The notes beneath the pieces are model-generated. The model saw only the letters and a program-made list of their open reading frames with translations. It had not been told where the DNA came from and did not search any database. A program made the translations under genes and the position numbers. Positions 11,480 through 23,009 of a stretch of 64,000 nucleotides of DNA are shown one piece after another (the stretch's first letter is position 1; each line of letters starts with the position of its first letter). Origin of the DNA: an uncultured Nitrososphaerales archaeon (GTDB taxonomy: Archaea; Thermoproteota; Nitrososphaeria; Nitrososphaerales; Nitrososphaeraceae); assembly GCA_963695855.1 (NCBI GenBank), contig CAVOHZ010000008.1, positions 320,001 to 384,000 of the forward strand. Direction: 5' to 3'.

Positions 11480-12043
11480 TTGAATGATAAGTGGATATTG
11501 GAAAAAAAACATAAAGCATTATTGTTTGCTGCAAGTATTGCAGTTAAATCATTTCTTATGGCAACAATATCTAGTAACATCTTTTGTAAAAGTATAGATC
11601 CTAATATACTATTTCTCCATTGTTCTATGAATATTGTATATGTAGGATTAAGTACAGGCGCTATAATAGTCATGGGAACGATATTTGGATATTACATCAT
11701 AAATATGAAAACCTTTGATGATATTTTTGCCAACATGATGAAATCTGATTATATTATTACTACAATGTATTTTAGTATGGGATTTCTGGCTCCAGCAACA
11801 ATGTCTACTATCATAATGGTATGGTTATTTGGCATTTGGATTCTTGGTATGCTTTTAGCGCCATTTAATAAAGAGAAAACAATTCTAAAAAAAGTAACTC
11901 AATATGGTTCATTAGTCGCAGTAGGTATTTTATTAGTTGCCTCTTTAATACCACAATTACATGAATATGGACAATCTTTTGCAATTGGTGCTATTATAAG
12001 CAGTCTTATGAGTATTTTTGGAGCAGGTAGAATACAATCTTAA
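11480..12043 (+). CDS. multi-pass membrane hypothetical protein
   Basis: 187 aa with about 5-6 hydrophobic segments. Confidence 0.6.
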   Translation: MNDKWILEKKHKALLFAASIAVKSFLMATISSNIFCKSIDPNILFLHCSMNIVYVGLSTGAIIVMGTIFGYYIINMKTFDDIFANMMKSDYIITTMYFSMGFLAPATMSTIIMVWLFGIWILGMLLAPFNKEKTILKKVTQYGSLVAVGILLVASLIPQLHEYGQSFAIGAIISSLMSIFGAGRIQS

Positions 12044-12077
12044 AAGTTTGACAAGAGCTAAAAGCGAAAAAAATCTC

Positions 12078-12120
12078 GAAATTTAGATCAAATTTGGTTC
12101 ACAAATCACTGGCTCAATTG
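12078..12120 (+). repeat. dispersed tRNA-3'-end-like repeat, copy B
   Basis: ATTTAGATCAAATTTGGTTCACAAATCACTGGCTCAATTG. Confidence 0.55.
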
Positions 12121-12348
12121 TGGTATTAGTTCCCTAATTAGTTTTACAAGTGAAAAATTTGATCAAAATTAATTTCTTACTGATAATTCACTTACTATAC
12201 TTTTAAGTTTCCTTGATATCCAATTCATTGATTATCCATTCGATTCGGTTAATTATGGTAATTTACTACCAATATATGTAAAAATTTTCTGACTATAAAG
12301 AAATCTTGAATCGAGAATAATTCCTAAAATATTTCAAGTTGTTAATTT

Positions 12349-12579
12349 TTAATCTAATATATCATAATTGCCTATAATATCTTTATACGAAAATACAGTA
12401 ACTTCTACTTTTTTATTTCCAATTTTATTTGAAATTATTTCTTCTACTTTATCTATTATATGAGCGGGGTAACCATCGATATTATCATATTCTTTGAAAA
12501 TTTCGTCATATGGTTCCACAAACCACCATTGCTGCTTTTCTTCATCAACTTCTATTTGCGAAATTTTTAGTACTGTCAT
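12349..12579 (-). CDS. small hypothetical protein (76 aa)
   Basis: ATG ORF, natural composition, TATA-like TTTATATAA upstream; lies between repeat copies B and C. Confidence 0.6.
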   Translation of the reverse strand: MTVLKISQIEVDEEKQQWWFVEPYDEIFKEYDNIDGYPAHIIDKVEEIISNKIGNKKVEVTVFSYKDIIGNYDILD

Positions 12580-12642
12580 TTAGTTTTCAATTATTTATAA
12601 GTATCATTTTATATAAAATTTTAAGTTTTCAATTGAAATTCC

Positions 12643-12700
12643 TTTTAGGTCAAACGTGGTTCACAAGCTATTAGCCCAATAAAACTCTGGGCTTCAATCC
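12643..12700 (+). repeat. dispersed tRNA-3'-end-like repeat, copy C
   Basis: TTTAGGTCAAACGTGGTTCACAAGCTATTAGCCCAATAAAACTCTGGGCTTCAATCC; shares tail AACTCTGGG..CAATC with copy E. Confidence 0.55.
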
Positions 12701-12755
12701 TGACAGATTAATTGAAAAGCACTAACAATATTTTAAATGGTAAAAAATACAATTA

Positions 12756-13368
12756 GTGCCTTTATTTTTTCCATTACTTTTTTTGTATCCTTTAGTAGCC
12801 ATTCATTTTATCGTTTCTGAAAATATCAAATGGCTCGATTATAATGATCCTGATGGTCTATTTACTTTAGAATTTCCTAATGAAACTGACTGGAAAATTG
12901 AAAAGATAGAAAATAAAAACCCTCCTTTCTATAATGAAGTTTTAATATCGCACCTAGATATTTCTGCAAATGTACGAATATCGTTTAACGTTATCCCTCT
13001 TGATGATATATATTAATGGCAAGTATGGTTTTCCATTATTCAAGTCTTATTCTTCTTATGCTGATTCCTTGATAGATCACTTGGAGGTTGAAATGCAAAA
13101 TAGTGATCCAACTTTTCAACTCGTAGAAAAGCATTCCGACAAATATTTGATAGACGGATATCAAGCATCAGGAATTTTGTCTAGACATTCACATTCTCTG
13201 GGAAATACTACAGGTATGTTAAACTTGTATGCAATCGATAAGACAAATGATCTTGTATTAATATATAAGTATAATTTTGATGCGAATTCATATATTCTTT
13301 ATTTACCCATAGCAGAAAAAATACTAGACTCTATTAAAATTAATAAATTGTATAAAACTTTAACTTAA
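12756..13368 (+). pseudogene. frameshifted secreted PsbP-like protein
   Basis: Two overlapping ORFs: signal peptide + W..Y.DPDG.FTLEFP...W, then KYLIDGYQA...Y.P.AEKILDSIK; break near 13005-13015. Confidence 0.6.
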
Positions 13369-13699
13369 TAAATTTCACAAGATTAATTACGAACTGTAAA
13401 GATTACGTTAACTTTTTTATAAAATATGCCCATCATGATTTTAATCATTAAAAAAATCGTTATTATATTGTATATGTCTTTATTTTTTTATTGATTATAT
13501 TCCTATTTGTGTTCCTTAAGATTTTGACTAGTTTTCCTATTACATTTTGTTTACTATATTGATCCGAAAAATATATTTAAATACAAATAGCAAAAAGTGT
13601 TCTCTAGAGTCAATATAATAATAATCAGATTTTACATCCTATGAAGATTGTATACATGAATGTTAAGCTTAATTCGACAATGATATCTTTATTTATAAA

Positions 13700-13975
13700 C
13701 AAATTATGCGACAGCGAAATAAACTGTTATACATCATTACCTTATTGCAGTCTATGCCTTTTGTATACTGAATTTGCTTGATAGTAAATGTTTTCCCATT
13801 ACTCGTTTTAATGAGAAAAAGAATTCAACACTTCATCTCTGTCCTGTATTTTTTTAATTGCTTGTATCCATCATGTACAATTTTTCGAATTTAGATGTAC
13901 CTATTCATTACATGTTCTACAACATTCCTTCTGATAGATATGCAGGTTCAATATGCAATTTGTCTTTGATATAAT
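13700..13975 (-). pseudogene. highly degraded IS5-type transposase C-terminal remnant
   Basis: Reverse-strand fragments resembling YGQRW.VE..FS..KRVMG.HLLS.KFSIQK. Confidence 0.45.
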
Positions 13976-14073
13976 AATTATATGCGATTATATAATAACA
14001 TAATATTATGGGTAATTATTTATTTGAAATTATTTAATAAAAAAAGTACATAGCTTAGAAATAGTTTATAAAA

Positions 14074-15156
14074 TTATGGTTTAATTTCGTATACAATATT
14101 TATTGGTGTGTCTATAGCTCTTTTAAAATGTGAAAAACCACTCTTCCTTACTATCTCTCTGATCCTTTCTTCTCCGGCCTGTGCACCTAGGGCTGGTCCA
14201 TTAAAAGCTAGCGAATTTGGTACGCATATTAGTGTAGAGGCAGCATAATATGTTTTAGATATTGGATTTATATTATCTTCAAGTTTATTTTGTGAATAAG
14301 GTTCAACTATCATACAAACTCCTTCCTCTTTATTGATTGTATTTAATACATGAGTCAATGCACCTTGAGGGTCTCCCATATCATGAAGACAATCAAATAA
14401 TGTTATAAAATCGTAATTGGTACCTGGAAATCCTGATGCTGAAGATATCTCAAATTTTACATTGTTTAAATTTTCTTGTTTTGCAAGATTATTTGCTTTT
14501 TCAATTGATTCTTTGTGGAAATCAAATCCCATAAATTCGGAATTTGGAAAAGCTTTTGCCATCAGTATTGTACTTATTCCATAACCACATCCTACGTCTG
14601 CCACTTTGATCCCTTGTTTAAGTTTTTCATGAATTTTTCCATTTTCTATCGATGGTATCCATAAATTTAATAAGTTACCTAAATATCCAGCTTTAAAGAA
14701 TTCGGCCCAACCCTCTGCCATACATGGATGATGATCTAACCATGAAAAAGTTCTTTCATTTTTAAACATTTTTATAAATTCTTCTTCATCTTTAAAGTAA
14801 GATTTTATTGCTTTAAATGCGCCATGGATATAGATGGGACTATTAGGGTCAGCTAATGCAAGTGCATGTTCAGGAGGTAAAAAATATTTTTCTGTTGAAG
14901 GATCATATTCTATATAACCACTAGAAACTTGATTTCCTAACCATTCTTTAACTAGTCTTTCATTCGTTTCAGTTTTTTTCGCAAGTTCTTGAAAAGTGAT
15001 ATATCTGTTTTCATTTGCCATCGCTTTATATAAACCAAGTCTTTCTCCAAGTATCACTAGCACGGCAGTAGAGCTTCCAGCAATATCCTGTATAGCTTTA
15101 TTCATAAATTCCTGTATCTTGGATTCATTGATATTATTTTTTATTTGTTGGATCAT
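14074..15156 (-). CDS. class I SAM-dependent methyltransferase with N-terminal winged helix (Rv2258c-like)
   Basis: GERLGLY, VADVGCGYG, FDCLHDMGDP, ALGAQAGE. Confidence 0.92.
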   Translation of the reverse strand: MIQQIKNNINESKIQEFMNKAIQDIAGSSTAVLVILGERLGLYKAMANENRYITFQELAKKTETNERLVKEWLGNQVSSGYIEYDPSTEKYFLPPEHALALADPNSPIYIHGAFKAIKSYFKDEEEFIKMFKNERTFSWLDHHPCMAEGWAEFFKAGYLGNLLNLWIPSIENGKIHEKLKQGIKVADVGCGYGISTILMAKAFPNSEFMGFDFHKESIEKANNLAKQENLNNVKFEISSASGFPGTNYDFITLFDCLHDMGDPQGALTHVLNTINKEEGVCMIVEPYSQNKLEDNINPISKTYYAASTLICVPNSLAFNGPALGAQAGEERIREIVRKSGFSHFKRAIDTPINIVYEIKP

Positions 15157-15453
15157 TAAGATGCTAATATAGATTATTGATATAAATATTCCGTAGTGGT
15201 CTGCTCTCTATTCCTAGAAAATCGAGATAGTTTTCTGTTATATTTCCTGTAAGATAACAAATATTATATGTAGATTAGTAAATGCTAATAGCTTGTTTTA
15301 TGATACTTCTAAAAGATATAAAAAATACAACTATAAAAATAGTTCATGAAACTTTTTTAGATTAATCCTACTGTAAAAAACAAAGGTATTGGATCAGTTA
15401 AAAAAACTTGCGGATCCAATGTATTGAACAATTTATTCCACATATATTCAATA

Positions 15454-16051
15454 TTAATTTTTATTTTCTTCCAAACTAACTTCTACTGGAGTTGGACGAG
15501 AAACGATATCAAATACTGGTGATCTCTTTTGTGCGAGTAGTACCAGTTCCTGTAATTTTTCTTTTGGCGCATCTGCCTTGATCTTAAATACAACCTTTAT
15601 CTTTTCGTAGCCGTTTCTTACATTTTCATCCAATCCAAGGAAACCATGTAAGTCGAGGTCTCCAGAAAATGATGTTTCCACTTCATCTATTTTTATTCCT
15701 TGTGCTGCAGCATGATAAATAAGACTTGTTGTTAAGCGACCGTCAAGCGCTGCAATTACATATTCAACGGGGTTTGCACCATGATCTTCTCCTAATAATA
15801 CCGGTGGCTCATCTTTTTCAAAGACAAAGGCTTGACTTCTTTTGAATGTTTGACATGCACCATAAAAGTCGTTAATAGTTGTACGACCATGTGCTCCATC
15901 AATCCATTTACCTTTTGCTTTAAAATTAAATTTTGCAATTTCAGGTTTTTCCTTAATTACTCCTACTGTTTCAGAGTTTGCTTACATTAACTCCATTTAC
16001 AATCTGTTCTTCTTTTTCTTTTTTTGTTTTTTGTATGTTTATTTGATTCAT
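15454..16051 (-). pseudogene. OsmC-family protein, frameshifted
   Basis: IVNGVNVSKL, frameshift near 15972, then ...DEPPVLLGEDHGANPVEY..AAL.GRLTTS...GDLDLHGFLG...RSPVFD; conserved Cys codon reads CGC (Arg). Confidence 0.85.
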
Positions 16052-16055
16052 AGCT

Positions 16056-16110
16056 ATGCTATCATGATAGCATTATATAAACGTTACCCATAAATGCTAT
16101 CATGCTATCA
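16056..16110 (-). promoter_or_regulatory. putative operator and TATA box of the osmC-like gene
   Basis: Perfect 18-bp palindrome ATGCTATCATGATAGCAT (16056-16073), minus-strand TTTATATAA next to it, second imperfect copy 16094-16110. Confidence 0.65.
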
Positions 16111-16514
16111 CACGGTGAAGGCAAACGAAACTTTATACTGTATTGGACTCTATTATAATATAAGTTCACCACCATCAAATTCAAAATTGAAATTATTATT
16201 TTTTATAGTATAATTGTATGTAGCAGCAACGAATTGTATATAGTCATAAACATCAATTAGGTCTTATTCCTTTTGCATACGTAAGATAGCAATCATCAAA
16301 ACTTCCGATTTTATCCTTGAAACATTAATTAACTGGTTTCGTTAGACTTTTCTCTAACGACGTATGTAAATAGTGTTCCAATCTCATACATTACAAAAAC
16401 CATGATCAGAATATAATCGAATATATGCTTTAAATAAATATTGATGACTATATCAATTACAAATTTGTCTTATATTAAGTTGATAGTTATATATTAGTAA
16501 TTAATGAATATATT

Positions 16515-17108
16515 ATGAGTAATGATAACTATTCACCTACATCTGATGATATTAAAGAAATAAGTTCTGATATAAGCAATATATCAGAAGTCAATCCAGA
16601 AAAACGCGAATCTGAGGAAACAGGAAACTATCATATTTCAAAAGATAATCTTCCTTCTTTTAAAAGAATACTAGTTACTGACGATGGAAGAGATATATCA
16701 AATAAAGCACTTAATTATGCTGTTTCTTTATCTAATTCGACTGGAGCAGAATTACTTATTCTTCGTATATTAAAAGATGTTGAAAAATTTGGAAATATTT
16801 CTGTAGAAGGTTCTTACGAGATATCGCAATTGGATAATCAAGACTTCCATAGAAAAGTCAAAGCTGATGTAATAGATGTCATGGAAGAAAAAATAAATAA
16901 ATGCCAAAAAGCTGGATGTCAAAATAAAGTTTCTTATAAATTTCTGACCGGAAATATAGTTGATGAAATAGTGAATGAAATTAACAATAATAACTATGAT
17001 TTGGTAGTTATGTTAACTGCTCATATAGATTCGTGGTTTAGATCCTTATTTAGTGATGTCAGAAAAATAATTAATCATATTAGTAAACCTGTTTTGATAA
17101 TACAATAA
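16515..17108 (+). CDS. universal stress protein (UspA family)
   Basis: FKRILVTDDG..SNKALNYA, G.IVDEIV, DLVVM, KPVLIIQ. Confidence 0.9.
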   Translation: MSNDNYSPTSDDIKEISSDISNISEVNPEKRESEETGNYHISKDNLPSFKRILVTDDGRDISNKALNYAVSLSNSTGAELLILRILKDVEKFGNISVEGSYEISQLDNQDFHRKVKADVIDVMEEKINKCQKAGCQNKVSYKFLTGNIVDEIVNEINNNNYDLVVMLTAHIDSWFRSLFSDVRKIINHISKPVLIIQ

Positions 17109-17967
17109 ATTCTCTATTTATTTTTCTAGACATTATCTATAATTGGAGATAACTGTTTCTATATCATGTGTAATCAATATATCTAATTTTATTCTATTTC
17201 ATTTAGAATTATTATTATTTAGAAAGATACATTTTAAAAGGATTTTATTTTTACAAATTAATTCGTTATTAGTTTCCTTTGATTCCCTGTACAACAAGAT
17301 TGCATGGCATCCAGGACCACATATAGGTTTTAATCCTTTACTGTTTCCATTACCAACCCAACAGCATGGTTTGACTCTTCTCATGTGATCTAATGAGATG
17401 TAGCCAATGAAGAACATTCATCAGTATTCTATTTTTTTTGTTGCTCTTAAAATATAAGATAGTGTTATGTCTAAAAAGATTTGTACTAAATATTATAATA
17501 TTATTTAATGATTTATTCACGGAAATGTTATTGAATTTACCGGAATTGATAATACAATTTAAAACAAATAAAAATATAGTTACTTATAATATATCCAATT
17601 TTTTAATTCTTTAAGCACATATTCCTGTCATATATTTTTTGAACTTCGATTTTTGCTAGGATTAGAATAATTGGAATGTTTTCTCATATTTTTTTCCTAT
17701 TATTAGAATGATCTTTGAGAAAATTACCTTTTAATTGGTCGGAAGAACATTCCACCATTCAAAAAAATATTGTATAATTTATCAAATTAAATATTCTTTC
17801 TACGTCAAATATAAAGAATTACATCTAATCATCTAGCTAAGTCAACTATCTTGTAAGATCTTGAAAATTGTAATATTATCATTTCAAATATGATAGATGT
17901 ATTTATCCCTAGAAAGATAGAGAATGACATAGATCTATAGATAACAAAACTAACTAACTTATATACT

Positions 17968-18342
17968 TTGGTACCTATATATTACTATATGAAGAGAATA
18001 AAAAATAATAATAATAATCATTACAATTTCTTATTAATTGATAATAAAAGTAGTAAACCTCTAATAATTGTAAAAGATTCCAATCTGCAACTATCTTCAT
18101 CTTCACAATCATCATCTACAAATATAGCAAATACAAAAGACGAAAGATTAGATCTTATAAAAATTTCTAAAGGATTAATTGAAATTTTACAGATCAATGG
18201 TTTTACAGTTGAAATGATATTAGAATATGGTCCCTCACAAATTGCAGAAATGCTAGGAATAGATGTGTATATTGGAAAAATAATATATGATGAGACTAAA
18301 AAAGCAACTAGTAATTTAAATCCTAATACTTTAATCAATTAA
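17968..18342 (+). CDS. hypothetical protein with small helical (HhH-like) C-terminal domain
   Basis: GLIEILQINGFTVEMILEYGPSQIAEMLGIDVYIGKII; start uncertain. Confidence 0.6.
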   Translation: MVPIYYYMKRIKNNNNNHYNFLLIDNKSSKPLIIVKDSNLQLSSSSQSSSTNIANTKDERLDLIKISKGLIEILQINGFTVEMILEYGPSQIAEMLGIDVYIGKIIYDETKKATSNLNPNTLIN

Positions 18343-19292
18343 ATGAATAAATTATCAAACAAAAGAGAACAATAACCAAAACAAAATCGAAGATATTCGC
18401 AATTCCTTTTTGCATGACTCAGTATTCCTAAAACAATTAGAATACTGTGTCATACTATACAGTTAACTGTTAAAGAAATACAGTCATTCTAGTAAAAGAG
18501 AAAAGATTGTCTTTATAGGTATGCATAGACAATGAAGGGATATCGTTATCGTGTGTTTATACTAAAGTTGTTATTTGGGATAACTGGTCTTCCATTTATT
18601 TTCAGTTTGCTCAATAGCCTGAATACATTTTTGAAATAGTCATTCTCTGACTTCTAGAAGGATATCGTGAGATTACCTTCATTACGAGAATCAATTCTAG
18701 GTCTACTACTGTCTCCACTCTTGCCATTTTTGTTTATATCTACTCCATTTTTAGTGGTATCTGGCACAAAACACCCAATTAAAAACCGTATATATGCCAA
18801 AAGGCCTACCCCTCTATCACATTGCCATAGTTACCAAGCCTTTGTCAAACATACCATGTCTATTACTCTAACTTTTTTACAATATTTCCCAGATATTACA
18901 TTTTAGCCAAAAAATGCCGTATTTTACATTTCTTAAAATTATTTTAGTTTATTTAATATTATTTACGGTGATAAAAAATTAAAAATACCTGGTTTTTCTA
19001 TATTTTGGCCTACTTAACTCAACCAAAATATCTTCAAAGATATAAACAAAGTATCTATTACTTGATTGTACTTGAGATTACTGGCATCTCCGTAAATCTG
19101 CTTTTTAAGTACAATTTGCTTTAGAAGCAGCTAATACCAATACAAAAATGTGTTAAATCCATTGATCTTATAAAACGAATTTGAAAATCAAAAATAAGGA
19201 AAAGATAAAAAATAGTAATTATTTTATATATTTGTATTTATAAAAATTAGAAGGCTGAATATACTACGTCTATTATTGTTGGACCGGATGAT

Positions 19293-19643
19293 TTGACGAA
19301 AGCTAGAATAGTAAATATGATTCTTGGTAAAAAAACAGAAGAAGCGTTACAAAATCTGAGCCGATTCTATAAAGTTACACCACCTGCAATAACTGTTGGA
19401 ACTATAAAAGGGAAGAGAAAGACCGTATATGCAGTGTATGTCCAAAGAGAAAGCACGATTTATTGTATAAACTCCGATGTGTTTTATAATCCATTTATAG
19501 TGTTACATGAGTTTTATCATCATATACGAACAATAAGCGGTATTCACAGAGGTTCGGAGAAGTATGCCAACATGTATGCAAAAAGCTTCATTGACTCTTA
19601 TAAAAAAATAACAAATCAAATAACAAAACAAAATCAGAAATAA
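19293..19643 (+). CDS. small HExxH (zincin-like) hypothetical protein
   Basis: FIVLHEFYHHIR motif. Confidence 0.75.
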   Translation: MTKARIVNMILGKKTEEALQNLSRFYKVTPPAITVGTIKGKRKTVYAVYVQRESTIYCINSDVFYNPFIVLHEFYHHIRTISGIHRGSEKYANMYAKSFIDSYKKITNQITKQNQK

Positions 19644-19774
19644 TAAAATATTTTCATATAATTGGCTTTAAAATTAGTTATGAATTGACTGGGAAATTGG
19701 CTGACCCATTTTGATCGAGCAACTCTAATTTCACTGGCATGTACAGCAAAAAAATTACAGGATAATAAAGATAT

Positions 19775-20460
19775 TTGAAAGTTTCGACTTCAAATATTGA
19801 ATTTCTAGATTTATACAAGGAACGTAATAGACTCAAGTGGAATTACAACAACAGGACAGAACTAGAATACAAGAAATACGGTCTTGTGACTCCGGATAAT
19901 CTTGATTTTCAAATAAAGAATTTTCTTGCAAAAGTAGATCCAAAAGGCAAATTTTTGGTCACCAGATCGGTTAAAAAAATTGTACGATTGAAAGCAATTG
20001 ATTTTGATGACAAACATAATAACGAACAATAATATCTTGTTTATTATGAAGATTGGGAGAATTGTAAAGACTATCTAGGTCGTCCAATCAGTGGTGTAAG
20101 GTCGCATTTACAAGGTGTATATGACGAAATTATTTTGGAGGACGTTATCGATAAACATGGTGATTATCGGGGTCAAAGGGTCAACGTATGACATGTACAC
20201 GAAAACGCCACTATATTCCATTTAGCAAAAAAAGCAGTTGATGACGCCATGGCAACTTCAGATAACACAGATTAAAATAGTATCGAATATGTGTTTAAAG
20301 GTCCACAATTTAGAACTGGAGGATATTCTTATGAACAATTTGTAAATTCATCATGGGAGTTAATGGAAGAAATGTCACGAATTAATGGCGGTCCTAAAAT
20401 GTGGGAGCACGATGTTAAGCAAAGACAGGAGAATTTTAAGAAATATCAGCAGGTACCATA
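19775..20460 (+). pseudogene. fragmented hypothetical gene
   Basis: Protein-like sequence continues past the stop at 20032 (YLVYYEDW...YSYEQFVNSSWELMEE...QQVP*) through several stops. Confidence 0.6.
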
Positions 20461-20679
20461 ACCATTATTTTTATTTATTTTTCAATTCTTAGTAATTGAT
20501 TAACTAACTAAACTAACTGACTATAGTCTAATGTATGATATTATTACAATATTTCATATTGTACTTGTAGATCAATTGCTATTCTTCTTATAGTCAATAA
20601 TTCAGCATGATAAAATATTACAAGATTAGATAATGTTCCTTCCAACCTTAGATATAATAAATTCGCATTTAACAATGTA

Positions 20680-20719
20680 ATGAGCAATAACAACAATAGA
20701 ATCATAGTTTTTGCTTCTA
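20680..20719 (+). pseudogene. original 5' end of the secreted protein gene split by IS630
   Basis: ATG at 20680 gives MSNNNNRIIVFAS; removing the IS rejoins it in frame to ILGAILATSILA. Confidence 0.85.
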
Positions 20720-21847
20720 TACCAATTAATATAATTATGCTGACATTAATTTAACATCATGGTCATACACTTTAGACAATAATAGATTTAGCTAAGAAAG
20801 GAAGCATACAGTTTATCATTTGATTGAGAGCAACAATCTTTCTAGAACAAGATTTGAGCAACTGTATAAACGAGAATCTGATGCAGGTGTAAAGGAAAGA
20901 ATGTTGCTTGTGTTAAACGTAGTATATGACAAACATATTCCTGCACAGGTTGCAAGAGATCTCCACAGAAGCAGAACATGGGCTTCTGATTGGTTAAAGA
21001 GGTACAGGGAAGAAGGTATAGAAGGATTAAAAAACAGATCAAAAAGTGGTAGACCACCAGATATACCAGAAGAGACAGTATACAAGATAAAAAATAAACT
21101 GTCGTCTAGCAAACAGGGATGGACTACAAAACAGGTTTATGATATCATAGTCAGAGATAGCGGTATACACTACCATCATATTTACATCTACACCTTACTT
21201 CGCAGATGGGGATTCAAACAGAAAGTACCTAGAAAAGTACATGTAAACACTGCACCAAAAGAAGAGAAAGAAGGTTTTAAAAAAGAGCAAGAAAGATACT
21301 GGATAATCTCCAAGAAGGATTTACAGTAGTATCTACTGATGAATCATTCTTTTTCTTTGACTCTCTTGTAAGAAGAGTCTGGATAAGAAAAGATGAAAGA
21401 CCAGTAGTGAGAATTAATGGATCTCATCAGGCGTCAGTTCTATTTGGTGCCACAAGTTTAGAAGGAAAACAACTGTTCAGGCAATATGACTGGTTTGATG
21501 AAAATACATTTCTTAATTATCTAAAACAGATACACAGGAAATTTCCAAAATGTTATATATTTCTGGATAAAGCAAAACAACACTATAAATCAAAAAAGGT
21601 ACTGCAATATTTTGACAAACACAAAAAGGATCTGATTCCAGTATATCTTCCAACAGCATCTCCAGAATTTATGGTACTGGAAGAATGCTGGAATATAGCC
21701 AAAAACCATCTGCTTGTCCTACAATACTATCGGTCATTTACAGATTTCATAATTAAAATATCTACATATTTTAGAACAAAAAGATTCAATCTGAATATGA
21801 GAAATTACCTGGTTGGAGGTGAGTAAGCATATTTATCTTAATTGGTA
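20720..21847 (+). mobile_element. IS630-family element
   Basis: IRs TACCAATTAATATAATTATGCT / AGCATATTTATCTTAATTGGTA; TA duplication at 20718-19 and 21848-49. Confidence 0.93.
20820..21826 (+). CDS. IS630 transposase, two ORFs probably joined by -1 frameshift
   Basis: HTH orfA (20820-21329), DDE orfB (STDES, FLDKA, LPTASPE..VLEECW); slippery TTTTAAAAAAG near 21275-21285. Confidence 0.9.
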
Positions 21848-23009
21848 TATACTAGGAGCAATACTAGCGACAAGTATACTGGCTCTAAACCCATCAACAA
21901 TTACAAATGTAGGTGCACAAATGTACGGAGACCAGTACGGATATGATAGGAACTATTACCAAGACGACAATAGATACGGATATGATAATAACCATCCAGA
22001 AAAAAAGAATGTAAATGTCCAGAAAATAAAGTGTGTAAACAGTAACATAAACGTAAACGGTGTAGATATTACCAAGATACCTCGAGACGATATTGCTGGC
22101 TTAGCGGCGGCAAATGAAGCAGGAGAAGGTCCAGATGGAGCAAATACACAAAACGGTAACGGACTTGGAGATAAAATTAACTTCGACAGGAACCTTGTAA
22201 ACGTATGTGTAAATGTCAATGACAACGAACAGACAAAAGTTACTCCACCAGGAACACCACCAGAAGAAGAAACAGCGACTTTGCTTGTGACCAAAACTGT
22301 TGCCTGCGAGGACAATAGAGATAGCGGTCTTTCGGCTCAACAAGAATTGAACCTGTGTACTTTAGTTACAACAGCTATACAAGAAAGTCTGTTCATTATC
22401 GACGTGACAGATACAGATCCAGTGCCAACTCAATTTCCAGGTTCAGTAGCCGGAACATCTGTTACATTGGGGCCAGGCAATTATGTAGTGGAAGAGACAC
22501 CAAATGAAGCAGCCATTGAGGCTATTATAGATGATATTGAAGGTCTAGATGGATTTCAAATAACTGGTCCAGTCGCAACGTTTTCACCAGATTGTACTCA
22601 AAGCGATGATTTTGAGGCAACAGGATCAATTGCAGCAGGGGAATCAGAGACTTGTAACATAGTAAACACATTTCAAGTAGTGAATAACCCAGACCAAGGA
22701 ACTTGTGACGACTGCTTTAAACCCGAAAATGAAGGCGGAACACTTCCACCTCCTAGAGTTGAGGATTTAGAAAATTACCTAGCTGATCCTGATAATATAG
22801 TACCAATAGGTGCGGATGCAGATGTAAACAGTATAGAAGAGTTATGTGATGCAATTGATGCAGCTTCTGATACCTCGACTCCAGTAACGGAAGATGAGAT
22901 AAGAGATCTTCTTGAGGCCGCCTTAACAAATCCAAATGCACCTCCTGGTCAAGTCACGCAGGTAATTAATTGTCTACTAGACTTAGAATTGATAACAGAA
23001 TCTCCCTAA
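21813..23009 (+). CDS. secreted/surface protein (Y/D-rich N-terminus, Cys-paired beta-sandwich domain, acidic C-terminus); native 5' end displaced by IS630
   Basis: Signal h-region LGAILATSILAL, VQKIKCVNSNINVNG, ATLLVTKTV..FPGS..GT.VTLGPGNY.V.E domain. Confidence 0.85.
   Translation: MEVSKHIYLNWYILGAILATSILALNPSTITNVGAQMYGDQYGYDRNYYQDDNRYGYDNNHPEKKNVNVQKIKCVNSNINVNGVDITKIPRDDIAGLAAANEAGEGPDGANTQNGNGLGDKINFDRNLVNVCVNVNDNEQTKVTPPGTPPEEETATLLVTKTVACEDNRDSGLSAQQELNLCTLVTTAIQESLFIIDVTDTDPVPTQFPGSVAGTSVTLGPGNYVVEETPNEAAIEAIIDDIEGLDGFQITGPVATFSPDCTQSDDFEATGSIAAGESETCNIVNTFQVVNNPDQGTCDDCFKPENEGGTLPPPRVEDLENYLADPDNIVPIGADADVNSIEELCDAIDAASDTSTPVTEDEIRDLLEAALTNPNAPPGQVTQVINCLLDLELITESP

Noticed and set aside
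17143-18906. Short ORFs 17143-17388, 17199-17417 and 18667-18906
   Set aside because: No recognisable motifs or consistent frame; possibly eroded gene debris
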